A stretch of 64,000 nt of DNA from Patescibacteria group bacterium (GCA_018895235.1 JAHIOM010000013.1:6527-70526), one strand, 5' to 3'; positions 30,340 to 38,005 are shown, numbered from the stretch's first letter. The notes: a model not told the origin generated them from the sequence alone. Numbers and translations: made by a program.

Positions 30340-30636
30340 TTTTTAGCAAGCCCCCACACCAATTTTGGCAATGAACTTTAATTGCCCACAACGACAGGCG
30401 AAGCCACTTCGCTTTTTATCGTCGGAATATCCAAGAACATTGTTGAAATTGGTGTGGGGGCGAGCAACGAAGAAGATTGTCTGAATTCGCCCGCCCGAAG
30501 GGAAGCCAGAAAATGAGATGATTTCTGCGTTGCTCCTACTCAATGTAGTGTAAAACTACATTTCGGTCGTCGCGCCTTGAAATCATCTCATTTTCTGGCT
30601 TCTAAAGCTGGCTCTGGTTCGAATCCTGCACCCTAA
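30340..30636. ncRNA. candidate structured ncRNA or selfish element: serial perfect inverted repeats ending in a tRNA-like GGTTCGAATCCTGCACCC
   Basis: A 14-bp perfect IR (30351-30364 / 30447-30460) and a 22-bp perfect IR (30504-30525 / 30579-30600) enclosing an 8-bp hairpin (30542-30562). There is no credible ORF; the 66-aa minus ORF is low-complexity. Identity and strand are unresolved. Confidence 0.3.
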
Positions 30637-30672
30637 AAAAAGAAAAAAGGACCACTAATTTTAGCAGTCCTT
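30634..30672 (-). terminator. rho-independent terminator of the 30689-31315 gene (the hairpin also reads as a weaker + strand terminator)
   Basis: Minus strand: AAAGGACTGCTAAAATTAGTGGTCCTTTTTTCTTTTTTT. Confidence 0.55.
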
Positions 30673-30688
30673 TATTTATCTGGTTAAG

Positions 30689-31315
30689 TTAAACCTTAAT
30701 CTCTTCTGATGGGCGTAAACAAACTATATTACATCCTTTCTGCACTAATTTGTGATAATGATCTCTACTAATAGCTGGCGTGGCAAAAACCACGCTGCTT
30801 GCTCTATTAGCAATGAAAATTTCGCGCAAAGCCAACAAACTAATCGGATCCCAAAGAGAAAAATCACCGCAAAGAAGAACATTGCCTCGAATTTCGGGAT
30901 AAGGAATATCTATCTGTTTGGACAAACCAAGCGATTGAGATATAAGTTTGCTACGCAGATTAATCAATTGTCGAAGAATCGGAGTTTCTCGAGGGGTTTG
31001 ATTATCACGGCAAATCTTGATTTCAAAATCTTCTCCTATAGCGAAAACCTTGGCATTTCCATGAGTTGTCAGAACTTTCCATCTACTCGGACTTAATTGG
31101 TGCAAGAAAACACAGCAAGTGTCTTTTAAATTGTGGGCGAGATTAGCAGCCAGCGACGCACTTATTTCTGAAAATTTTCCCGCTTTGTGTTTATCAACAA
31201 CCCCAACTAACAAATCAATCTGCGGACACTTTTTTCTGACAATCCGCGAAAGTGGACCAACTAAATCGGTTCGGGTTAATGGTTGCATCGCAAATCCTGT
31301 TGTTTTACCGTCCAT
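30689..31315 (-). CDS. hypothetical protein (moderately GC-rich)
   Basis: 208-aa ORF with atypical composition. Fragments (VLLCGDFS, THGNAKV) faintly resemble metallophosphoesterase motifs but occur in non-canonical order. Confidence 0.35.
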   Translation of the reverse strand: MDGKTTGFAMQPLTRTDLVGPLSRIVRKKCPQIDLLVGVVDKHKAGKFSEISASLAANLAHNLKDTCCVFLHQLSPSRWKVLTTHGNAKVFAIGEDFEIKICRDNQTPRETPILRQLINLRSKLISQSLGLSKQIDIPYPEIRGNVLLCGDFSLWDPISLLALREIFIANRASSVVFATPAISRDHYHKLVQKGCNIVCLRPSEEIKV

Positions 31316-31326
31316 GGTTTCTTCTC

Positions 31327-31593
31327 CTAAGAAACGGCCATATTGCCCAAGTTGTGCCGCACGAAAAACTTCCTCACAAAAGGAGGCGGTACATCTTTTA
31401 CTTCCCGGTTATCGCCGTTCCTTCTCTGCTTCCTCTGCAGATTGGTTGCCATCCGTCGAACATCTGACCAAGGAACACCCAAGGCCTTACCCAATGTCCT
31501 CATCTGCTGCTGGTTTTTGGGATCAACCCATAGTAAGACTTCCTGCTTTTCAGACGTGATTTTTTGAGATGATGTACTGTTGTTACCTGCCAT
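31327..31593 (-). CDS. hypothetical small protein, possibly DNA-binding
   Basis: 88 aa; the segment LGKALGVPWSDVRRMATNLQRKQ looks HTH-like. Co-directional and immediately upstream of 30689-31315. Confidence 0.3.
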   Translation of the reverse strand: MAGNNSTSSQKITSEKQEVLLWVDPKNQQQMRTLGKALGVPWSDVRRMATNLQRKQRRNGDNREVKDVPPPFVRKFFVRHNLGNMAVS

Positions 31594-31826
31594 TTCTGAA
31601 TTCCTTTCCTGATTTTGACCAGTGCCATAATCACATTTACATCCCTGTACCCCCTGAATCTACCTAGGGCGCTCTTGCTTTTTTCATTTTCTTTCCTTTC
31701 TTATCAATATTTTTTTGTGAATGAACTATGACCAACCTGAATTTTTCTATTTTATATCTTTAATAATCCTTTGTCAATTTTGAAGAACCATGATATATAA
31801 AATGTATATAGAGACCTTTAATCTAT

Positions 31827-31891
31827 ATAATTGCTCGTTCGGTCGGAAAATAAAAATAAATTTTCATTTTCCTTCCTCATTCGTAATTATG
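31827..31891 (+). repeat. E-family repeat element E1 (ATAATTGCTCGTTCGGTCGG-hairpin-CTCATTCGTAATTATG); its 3' end supplies the pth ATG
   Basis: Shares its arms with E2 (35255-35316), E3 (33484-33549) and E4 (38006-38061, reverse). Central stem GGAAAAT/ATTTTCC. Confidence 0.55.
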
Positions 31892-32470
31892 AAAATCATT
31901 GTCGGCCTAGGGAATCCAGGACAAAAATTTGAAAATACGCCCCATAATTTCGGCTTTATGGTGATTGACGCTTTTGCGGAAAAAGATAATTTTCCTGATT
32001 TTAAGGTATCCAAAAAATTTAACTCTTTAATTTCAGAGGATCGTTTGAACACAGAAAAAACAGTTTTAGCCAAACCCCAAACTTTTATGAATGAATCTGG
32101 TAAAGCCATTAAAAAAATAGTTTCGCATTACAAATTACCTCCTATTGATTTGATTATTGTCCACGACGACATTGATTTGCCCTTTGGCACAATTAAAATA
32201 GTCAAAAACCGAGGTTCTGCCGGACACAAAGGCATAGAATCAATTATTAAAGAATTAAGCAGTAAAAACTTCACCAGAATCCGATTAGGCATTAAACCAG
32301 GAAGACCTAACTCATATCAAAAAAAAGTTTCTGGTGCGAGGTTTGTCATTAAAAGGTTTAACCCAAGGGAAAAAACGATTGTTGCCGATACTATAAAGAA
32401 AACTGCTGACGCGATTGAATTTTTGGTTAAAGATGGGCTAGAAAAAGCAATGAATGAATACAACAAATAA
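31889..32470 (+). CDS. pth: peptidyl-tRNA hydrolase (the ORF opens at 31790; the likely start is ATG 31889)
   Basis: MKIIVGLGNPGQKFENTPHNFGFMVIDAFA is the canonical Pth N-terminus. Confidence 0.85.
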   Translation: MKIIVGLGNPGQKFENTPHNFGFMVIDAFAEKDNFPDFKVSKKFNSLISEDRLNTEKTVLAKPQTFMNESGKAIKKIVSHYKLPPIDLIIVHDDIDLPFGTIKIVKNRGSAGHKGIESIIKELSSKNFTRIRLGIKPGRPNSYQKKVSGARFVIKRFNPREKTIVADTIKKTADAIEFLVKDGLEKAMNEYNK

Positions 32471-32472
32471 AA

Positions 32473-33471
32473 TTAAAGCCTAGAAATTTTTTGTTTCAGC
32501 TCATGGCCGTTGCAATGTTTTAATACCCCAAAATATGACTGCAGGGTTTGGTTGAATAAATCTTTTGATATCTTGCCCTTGTCAAAATCAAGGGATTTTA
32601 ATTTTATCTTTTCCAGCATTCTCTTTTTTGTTTTTGTTCTTAAAATCCTATGATATGGGAGGTCAACGTAACCCAGAAAATCAATTCCTTGATGATGTTT
32701 TTTAATTATTACTTTACCTTTATGTAAAGACAATTTCAGTTTCTCTTTTAAGAACTCACTAATTACGGAAATAATACTTTCAAGATGTTCTCTATCACTA
32801 GTTAAGATAACGAAATCGTCGCAATAGCGGATATAATGTTTTATTCTCAAATTTTGTTTAATAAAATAATCCAATTCGTTAAGGTATATGTTGGCGAATA
32901 ATTGGCTTGTAATATTTCCTAATGGAAGGCCTTTGTCGGACAATGTTGAAAAACTTTTAATGATTTTTTCTATTAACCAAACGGCGTTTGTGTCTTTAAT
33001 TTTCTTTTTAATCAAAAAAGTCAGAATATCTTGGTCAATCGAATTAAAGAACTTTTTAATGTCGCATTTTAAGATAAAACAGGTTTTGGTTCTGTTTTTA
33101 CTGGTTTTTCTGGCGAACATCTGAAGTCGGCTGACCGCTTTATGTGTTCCTTTGGCGTTTCTACAGGAATAAGAATCGAATATGAATGATTTGTCGAAAA
33201 TAGGATACAAAATTCTGAATATGGCGTGGTGCAAAACTCTGTCTCCTACGCAGGCTTTATGGATTTTTCTAGGTTTTGGGTCGCAGATGTTAAATGATGT
33301 ATAATCAGAATGAGAATAGATTTTTATTTTTAATTCGTGATGGAGTTCAAAAATATTGTTTTCTAAATTGTATTCAAACTCCTGAACGTCTTTCTTTTTT
33401 CTTTTTCCTTTTTTAAATTCGTCCCAAGCTAAAAACAAGTTATCAAGAGAAATAATCTCTTTAAACATATT
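32473..33471 (-). CDS. diversity-generating retroelement reverse transcriptase (the ORF extends to 33579 via TTG through a poly-G tract; the likely start is Met at 33471)
   Basis: RT motifs: LFLAWDEFKKGKRKKKDVQEFEYNLENNIFELHHEL (DGR-RT-type N-terminus), KPRKIHKACVGDRVLHHAI (motifs 1-2), GLPLGNITSQLFANIYLNELD (the [I/L]GxxxSQ form of motif 4), YIRYCDDFVIL (YxDD), FLGY (motif 7). Confidence 0.85.
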   Translation of the reverse strand, partial: NMFKEIISLDNLFLAWDEFKKGKRKKKDVQEFEYNLENNIFELHHELKIKIYSHSDYTSFNICDPKPRKIHKACVGDRVLHHAIFRILYPIFDKSFIFDSYSCRNAKGTHKAVSRLQMFARKTSKNRTKTCFILKCDIKKFFNSIDQDILTFLIKKKIKDTNAVWLIEKIIKSFSTLSDKGLPLGNITSQLFANIYLNELDYFIKQNLRIKHYIRYCDDFVILTSDREHLESIISVISEFLKEKLKLSLHKGKVIIKKHHQGIDFLGYVDLPYHRILRTKTKKRMLEKIKLKSLDFDKGKISKDLFNQTLQSYFGVLKHCNGHELKQKISRL

Positions 33472-33483
33472 ATATCTCTGGAT

Positions 33484-33549
33484 ATAATTATTACGCTCGG
33501 TCGAAGAACAAAAATAAATTTTTTCTCTTCTCTCTCGCTTATAATTATG
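33484..33549 (+). repeat. E-family repeat element E3 between the RT start and avd
   Basis: ATAATTATTACGCTCGGTCGAAG...CTCGCTTATAATTATG; 60 of 66 positions shared with E4 reverse complement. Confidence 0.55.
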
Positions 33550-33567
33550 GAAAACTTTTCCTCTAAT

Positions 33568-33577
33568 CCCCCCCCCC
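33568..33577. repeat. homopolymeric C10 (G10 on the RT strand) tract 13 nt upstream of the avd TTG start
   Basis: Counted directly: ctctaatCCCCCCCCCCaac. With C10 the upstream ATG (33547-33549) reads into a TAA at 33586-33588. With C9 that ATG is in frame with avd. Confidence 0.8.
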
Positions 33578-33589
33578 AACCAGTTTAAT

Positions 33590-33919
33590 TTGCCAATTTT
33601 GCATAGAGTTTATGAATTATATAAATTATTTTACCAATATGAGCAACACCTTCCTCAAAAAGATCGCTATTGTATCGGACAAAAATGCGAAAAAATAATT
33701 TTAGATATTTTAGAACTGATTATTGGAACAATTCAGTCACCTAAAAATAGAAAACTAGAACTACTGAATGAAGCAAGCATAAAGTTAAATATTTTAAGAA
33801 TAATTATTCGTTTATCAAAAGATATAAAAGCATTAGACTTTAAAAAATATATTACCCTACAGGAAAATATAAATGAAATAGGAAGAATGCTAGGTGGCTG
33901 GATAAAATCACTAAAATAA
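33590..33919 (+). CDS. avd: Avd-like DGR accessory protein (four-helix-bundle, 23S rRNA intervening-sequence protein family); TTG start as drawn
   Basis: LPQKDRYCIGQKCEKIILDI...NEIGRMLGGWIKSLK matches the IVS-protein/Avd family (LPKeekY.LgdQlrRAa....EIGKMLnGLIksl). It is divergent from the RT and followed by the terminator hairpin AACACCCCAAATGGGGTGTT (33931-33950). Confidence 0.65.
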   Translation: MPILHRVYELYKLFYQYEQHLPQKDRYCIGQKCEKIILDILELIIGTIQSPKNRKLELLNEASIKLNILRIIIRLSKDIKALDFKKYITLQENINEIGRMLGGWIKSLK

Positions 33920-33970
33920 TCTTTAACAAAACACCCCAAATGGGGTGTTCATCTTTGATAGAGAAGGAAG

Positions 33971-34085
33971 TTCCTAACGGAGGAAAGGCCGATGTTGTCA
34001 TTGCGATTGTCATCCCAGTAGTTGTTGACATTGAGACCACTTGAGTCGAAGTTACCGATATTGACACGGTTGCCGTCCGAGTTAA
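33971..34085 (-). repeat. DGR template repeat (TR); the sense strand is minus
   Basis: 115 bp aligning colinearly with 34379-34493. Translated in the target frame it gives NSDGNRVNIGNFDSSGLNVNNYWDDNRNDNIGLSSVR, with AAC (Asn) codons at the variable positions. Confidence 0.85.
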
Positions 34086-34305
34086 GAATTTGCCCATTTT
34101 TATCCAAACCACTGAAAGTTGTCTTTATTTTAATAGAAAGATTCCTTTCTGTATTTTATTCGGGAGCAGTCTCCTAGGCGACATCTCCGCTAAAAACGGG
34201 CAAGAAGTTCAGTCTTTATTAGATTAATTCTCGCGAGGCTAAGCCGTAACCCAACCTTCATTAACGAGATATTATATTTTATCAGTTTTAAAAAGAAAAA
34301 TAAAT

Positions 34306-34334
34306 GCCCCTCGACTGCTATGCAATCGAGGGGC
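34306..34334 (-). terminator. GC-rich hairpin (GCCCCTCGA-loop-TCGAGGGGC) 45 nt downstream of VR/IMH; target-gene terminator and possible DGR homing-enhancing stem-loop
   Basis: 9-bp perfect stem followed on the minus strand by a T-rich tract. A GC-rich hairpin/cruciform downstream of VR is a known DGR feature in Bordetella phage BPP-1. Confidence 0.5.
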
Positions 34335-34371
34335 TTCAAGGGTTCAATCTTCAAACATCAAAGATTCAAGA

Positions 34372-35256
34372 CTAAACCTTCCTGACGGAGGAAAGGCCGA
34401 TGAGGCCATGGCGAGTGCCATCCCAGTAGTGGCTGACATCGAGACCACTCCAGCCGAAGCTACCGACATCGACACGGAGGCCGTCCGAGCTAATATCCGA
34501 GCAATGAACATATACTTGCTCGAATAACCGCTCGTTAGTGGCCATAAAATGACCGATAATGGTGTAAACCATTACTTGGGCAGTTGGCGTTTCCTCATCC
34601 TTGGCGAGAAGCGATTGCTGCTCATTCCAGGTTTTGGAGGTCGAGTTGCTGACTGGCGTCTTGCGGACAAGTTGCCAGCTGACCTCGCCGTGTTCTTTGG
34701 CAAACTTTTCCTGGTTATGCCAGTCCTGGCTGTAGAACAATCCTTTGTCCTGCACCTTTCCACGAATCTCGAGGATCGAGATTGGGAAGATTGCCACAAA
34801 GACATGAGTGTCCTTGCACTCCTGGAGAACGGCTTCGGAGAACGGAATCTCGGAGAGGATGGCGAGTTGCTGCTTCGTGGAATTAACCCCGAAGTGCTTG
34901 ATCGCCTCCTCGACACCGAAGAAGTTCTTGCCCATGATTTCATGGGCGCGCTTCTGAGATGTCGTAGCTTCGTAACCACCTCTCTGAATCAACCCTACCA
35001 CCTTTGTGGCAAGGTCGTTGCCCTTTGAGTCAATGACCTTCTGGGCAAGTTCGTCCGTGAGCCCCGCCTTCTCCATTTTGAGAAGAAATTCGTGCTCATT
35101 GTGCACCGAAATAGTGCGTTCATCTGCTTGGCTTACCATGGTATTCATAGCACACCTTCCTTTCTTATAAAGAACAAAAACTCGTTGCTGATTACCCGCA
35201 ACTAGGCTATTAAGCACTATGCTTAATATGACTATATTATTGCAGCTACGCTGCAT
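34372..35256 (-). CDS. DGR target (variable) protein with a C-terminal CLec-like variable region; GC-rich, no signal peptide (alternative start M37 at 35148)
   Basis: C-terminus ...YVHCSDISSDGLRVDVGSFGWSGLDVSHYWDGTRHGLIGLSSVRKV* is encoded by the VR. The VR ends 5 nt before the stop codon. Confidence 0.8.
   Translation of the reverse strand: MQRSCNNIVILSIVLNSLVAGNQQRVFVLYKKGRCAMNTMVSQADERTISVHNEHEFLLKMEKAGLTDELAQKVIDSKGNDLATKVVGLIQRGGYEATTSQKRAHEIMGKNFFGVEEAIKHFGVNSTKQQLAILSEIPFSEAVLQECKDTHVFVAIFPISILEIRGKVQDKGLFYSQDWHNQEKFAKEHGEVSWQLVRKTPVSNSTSKTWNEQQSLLAKDEETPTAQVMVYTIIGHFMATNERLFEQVYVHCSDISSDGLRVDVGSFGWSGLDVSHYWDGTRHGLIGLSSVRKV
34379..34493 (-). repeat. DGR variable repeat (VR) at the 3' end of the target gene
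   Basis: About 20 mismatches versus TR over 115 bp. About 18 lie at positions where the TR sense strand has A (T on the + strand), with substitutions to C, G or T. The IMH-like 3' end GGCCTTTCCTCCGTCAGGAA differs from the TR (..GTTAGGAA) by one base. Confidence 0.85.
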
Positions 35257-35316
35257 AATTACTCATTCGGTCGAAATGAGAACAAGTTCTCATTTCTTTC
35301 TTATTTTATAATTATA
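35255..35316 (+). repeat. E-family repeat element E2 (perfect 11-bp central hairpin GAAATGAGAAC-aa-GTTCTCATTTC) abutting the target-gene start codon
   Basis: ATAATTACTCATTCGGTCGAAATGAGAACAAGTTCTCATTTC...TATAATTATA. Confidence 0.55.
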
Positions 35317-35381
35317 ACAAATTATATTATTTATGTCAAGCTTTTGACAGAACTAACAATCGGTATTATAATTTAGGTAAA

Positions 35382-37346
35382 ATGCAACCGGCACAAAATA
35401 CCAGTCAGGTTTTAATCGTCTCAATTACCCCCTATTTTTTAGAAAAGGGGTTTTTGTGGTTTAAAGAAAATCTCAAAAAGATATTAAATGCTCAAAAGTC
35501 CCAAACATTTTTTCAAGATAATGTTTTATATTTGGAAAAAGATCAGGTTTTCAACCTGTCTCTGCTTTTAAGAAAATTGGAAGAAATGGGTTATGAAAAA
35601 GTTCTAAGGATTTCGGAACCGGGAGAATTTTCCCAGCAAGGCGGGATAATTGATGTTTTTCCTATAAATACAAAAAACGCTGTCAGATTTGATTTTTTAG
35701 GGAACAGAATTGAAACCATAGAATTATTAGATGCAGCGGTTGAAGATGAAGAAAAGGCAAAAGAAATACTAAAGAAAAAACTGAAATCCCAAAGGTTATT
35801 TTCTGATTTGAAGGGATTAAAACCCGGTGATTATTTAGTACATCTTGACCACGGCATAGGTAAATTCAATAATCTTCTGTCGCATAATAACGAAAACTAT
35901 TATCTTTTAGAATATAGCGAAGGGGATAAACTTTATGTGCCCTTGGGCCTTGAAAGAAAACTATCCCGATATGTCGGTTTTGTCGAACCGAAAGTTTCCC
36001 GCCTGGGTTCTTCTTTGTGGCAAAAAACAAAAAAGAAAATTAAAGAAGGGGCTGAAAAACTGGCAAAAGAATTGCTCGGGATTTATGCAAAAAGAGAGAT
36101 TGCTAAAAGACCTGCTTATCTGCCCAACGATGAATTTGATTCAGCAATTTCTTCAAATTTCAAATACGAAGAAACGCCAGACCAATCACAAGCAATTCAG
36201 GAAGTAATGAAAGACCTGGAAAAAACAAAACCAATGGACCGACTGGTCTGCGGCGATGTCGGATTCGGCAAAACCGAAGTCGCTTTAAGGGCAGCGGTTA
36301 AGGTTGTAAAGTCCGGCTATCAAACGGTTTTAATCGCACCAACAACAATTCTGGCTGACCAACATTTCCAGAATATTAAGAGCAGATTACAAGGATTACC
36401 AATTAAGGTTGCACTTTTAACTCGACTCCAATCGAAAAAAGAACAGAAAAAAATTATTGAAGATTTGAAAAACAATAAAGTTGATATTTTAATAGGCACG
36501 CACCGGATTTTGTCTGGCGATATTGTTCCGCTACTTTTTCAAAGGGACGAAACCGGGCTTTTGATAATTGATGATGAACAAAGGTTCGGCGTCAGACAAA
36601 AAGAAAAGTTAACGCAGTTGAGAAGCAAGATTGATATTTTGTCTTTATCGGCCACTCCCATCCCCCGCACCCTCTATCTTTCCCTCTCATCTTTAAGAGA
36701 CGTAAGTCTTATCCAAACCCCGCCCGAAGGCAGATTATCAGTTAAAACTTTTATCCTCCCTTGGTCAATAAAAATTGTTAAAATGGCAATCGAACAAGAA
36801 CTAAAACGCGGCGGCCAGGTTTATTATCTTCATAACCGAGTGGAGACAATTGATTTAACCAAAAAAGCGCTCCAAGATTTATTGCCCAATGTAAAATTTG
36901 CTATCGTTCACGGCAGAATGAGAGAAAAGGAATTAGTAAAAATAATGGATAATTTCCAACAAAAATCTATTAACGTTTTGATAGCAACAACTATTATTGA
37001 AAATGGTTTGGATATTCCAAATGTAAATACTTTAATAGTGTCTGATGCTACCCGGCTCGGATTATCCCAAGCCTATCAAATAAGGGGCAGGGTCGGCCGT
37101 TCCAATATTCAAGCTTTCGCCTACTTTTTTTATAATAAACAACTGAAAGGAAAAGCAGCTATAAGGTTGGCTGTTTTGAAAGAAGCCGAAGAATTGGGAT
37201 CTGGCTATCGTGTTGCAATGAAAGATTTGGAATTAAGAGGAGCGGGCAATATTTTGGGAAAAGAGCAGTCAGGCAGCATTAATAAAGTCGGTCTGAACTT
37301 ATATTGCCAGATGGTCGCTGAAGCGGTTGAAAAATTCAAAGAATAA
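35382..37346 (+). CDS. mfd: transcription-repair coupling factor Mfd lacking the N-terminal UvrB-homology domains
   Basis: RNAP-interacting domain (DYLVHLDHGIGKF), SF2 helicase motifs (GDVGFGKTEVALRAA, DEQRFGV, SATPIPRT), and C-terminal TRCF domain. At 654 aa it is well short of the ~1150 aa of full Mfd. Confidence 0.8.
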   Translation: MQPAQNTSQVLIVSITPYFLEKGFLWFKENLKKILNAQKSQTFFQDNVLYLEKDQVFNLSLLLRKLEEMGYEKVLRISEPGEFSQQGGIIDVFPINTKNAVRFDFLGNRIETIELLDAAVEDEEKAKEILKKKLKSQRLFSDLKGLKPGDYLVHLDHGIGKFNNLLSHNNENYYLLEYSEGDKLYVPLGLERKLSRYVGFVEPKVSRLGSSLWQKTKKKIKEGAEKLAKELLGIYAKREIAKRPAYLPNDEFDSAISSNFKYEETPDQSQAIQEVMKDLEKTKPMDRLVCGDVGFGKTEVALRAAVKVVKSGYQTVLIAPTTILADQHFQNIKSRLQGLPIKVALLTRLQSKKEQKKIIEDLKNNKVDILIGTHRILSGDIVPLLFQRDETGLLIIDDEQRFGVRQKEKLTQLRSKIDILSLSATPIPRTLYLSLSSLRDVSLIQTPPEGRLSVKTFILPWSIKIVKMAIEQELKRGGQVYYLHNRVETIDLTKKALQDLLPNVKFAIVHGRMREKELVKIMDNFQQKSINVLIATTIIENGLDIPNVNTLIVSDATRLGLSQAYQIRGRVGRSNIQAFAYFFYNKQLKGKAAIRLAVLKEAEELGSGYRVAMKDLELRGAGNILGKEQSGSINKVGLNLYCQMVAEAVEKFKE

Positions 37347-37360
37347 AAAAAACTAGCCTT

Positions 37361-37918
37361 TCAGCTAGTCGTTGGAACAGAATCTTTTTTAGGAATTGGA
37401 TTCATTTTTAAAGCATCAAAAACCGCAAGAGAAACTGAGGAAACTATTCCTTTTTTTTTGCCATTCACTTTAGCAATCATCTTTCCGCTTTCAATCCTAG
37501 CGGCTGACTCGACTTCGTCGAATTCCACCTCAATTCCGGATTCAAGGGTTAAAACATCACCGGGAACAATAAAACCATTAAACTTTACTAAAGCAATCTC
37601 TCTGGCGGCAAAAGCTTTGTTAATTAAAAGCGGAGACATTTCAGGATGTTTGCTAATAAGTACTCCGAGAAGCTGAAAAGCCATCTCTGGTATTTCAACC
37701 CCTCTCATAACGGGCATCCCTGGAATCGGTTCATGACCCTCACAAACCTCTGCCGTTACAAGAAATTCTCCAACGACTTTATTTTCCATAATAATAACTT
37801 TATCCAAAAGCAACATTCTGCCACGATGGAATAAAATTGTCATAATTTCTTCTTTATCAACAATAATTTCTTTTTTGCCAACAAAAAAATCACCAATCCA
37901 TTTAATTACTCTTTTCAT
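37361..37918 (-). CDS. FabZ/FabA-like hotdog-fold dehydratase
   Basis: ILFHRGRMLLLDKV...EGHEPIPGMPVMRGVEIPEMAFQLLGVL matches (3R)-hydroxyacyl-ACP dehydratase FabZ motifs. Confidence 0.6.
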   Translation of the reverse strand: MKRVIKWIGDFFVGKKEIIVDKEEIMTILFHRGRMLLLDKVIIMENKVVGEFLVTAEVCEGHEPIPGMPVMRGVEIPEMAFQLLGVLISKHPEMSPLLINKAFAAREIALVKFNGFIVPGDVLTLESGIEVEFDEVESAARIESGKMIAKVNGKKKGIVSSVSLAVFDALKMNPIPKKDSVPTTS

Positions 37919-38005
37919 ATTATTCTCCCATAAAAATGTTGTCTAAGAGCTGGTTTAGATTCTACATTAAAATCCTAAAATTTCAAGGGTTCTGGTCTTT
38001 TGTGC

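Noticed and set aside
30343-30543. 66-aa minus-strand ORF within the IR-rich intergenic block
   Set aside because: Gly/Ser/Cys low-complexity translation spanning perfect inverted repeats, with no SD. A coding artefact of the structured region.
30340-30640. Canonical one-piece tmRNA (ssrA) call
   Set aside because: The GGGUGCA-GGAUUCGAAC motif (minus strand) looks like a tmRNA 5' end. But there is no complementary 3' acceptor strand, no T-arm with a paired stem, and no tag reading frame ending in a hydrophobic-Ala-Ala stop. It is reported only as an unresolved structured element.
30689-31315. Calling the 208-aa protein a calcineurin-like metallophosphoesterase
   Set aside because: Motif-like fragments (GDFS, HGNA) occur in the wrong order relative to the canonical GDxHG...GDxxDRG...GNHE series. 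Left as hypothetical.
33471-33579. N-terminal extension of the RT ORF (MGGGIRGKVFHNYKRERREKIYFCSS...)
   Set aside because: It is initiated by TTG and translates the poly-G tract and the E3 repeat. RT homology begins at the internal Met (33471).
33852-34112. 86-aa minus-strand ORF across the DGR template repeat
   Set aside because: It is simply an alternative reading frame through the TR: the T/S/V-rich product and the overlap with the TR terminator hairpin argue against it. The TR is non-coding.
34549-35028. 159-aa + strand and 135-aa minus-strand (34572..34979) Arg/Ser-rich ORFs inside the DGR target gene
   Set aside because: They are alternative-frame artefacts of a GC-rich gene. The translations are low-complexity (RRSSTSG...).
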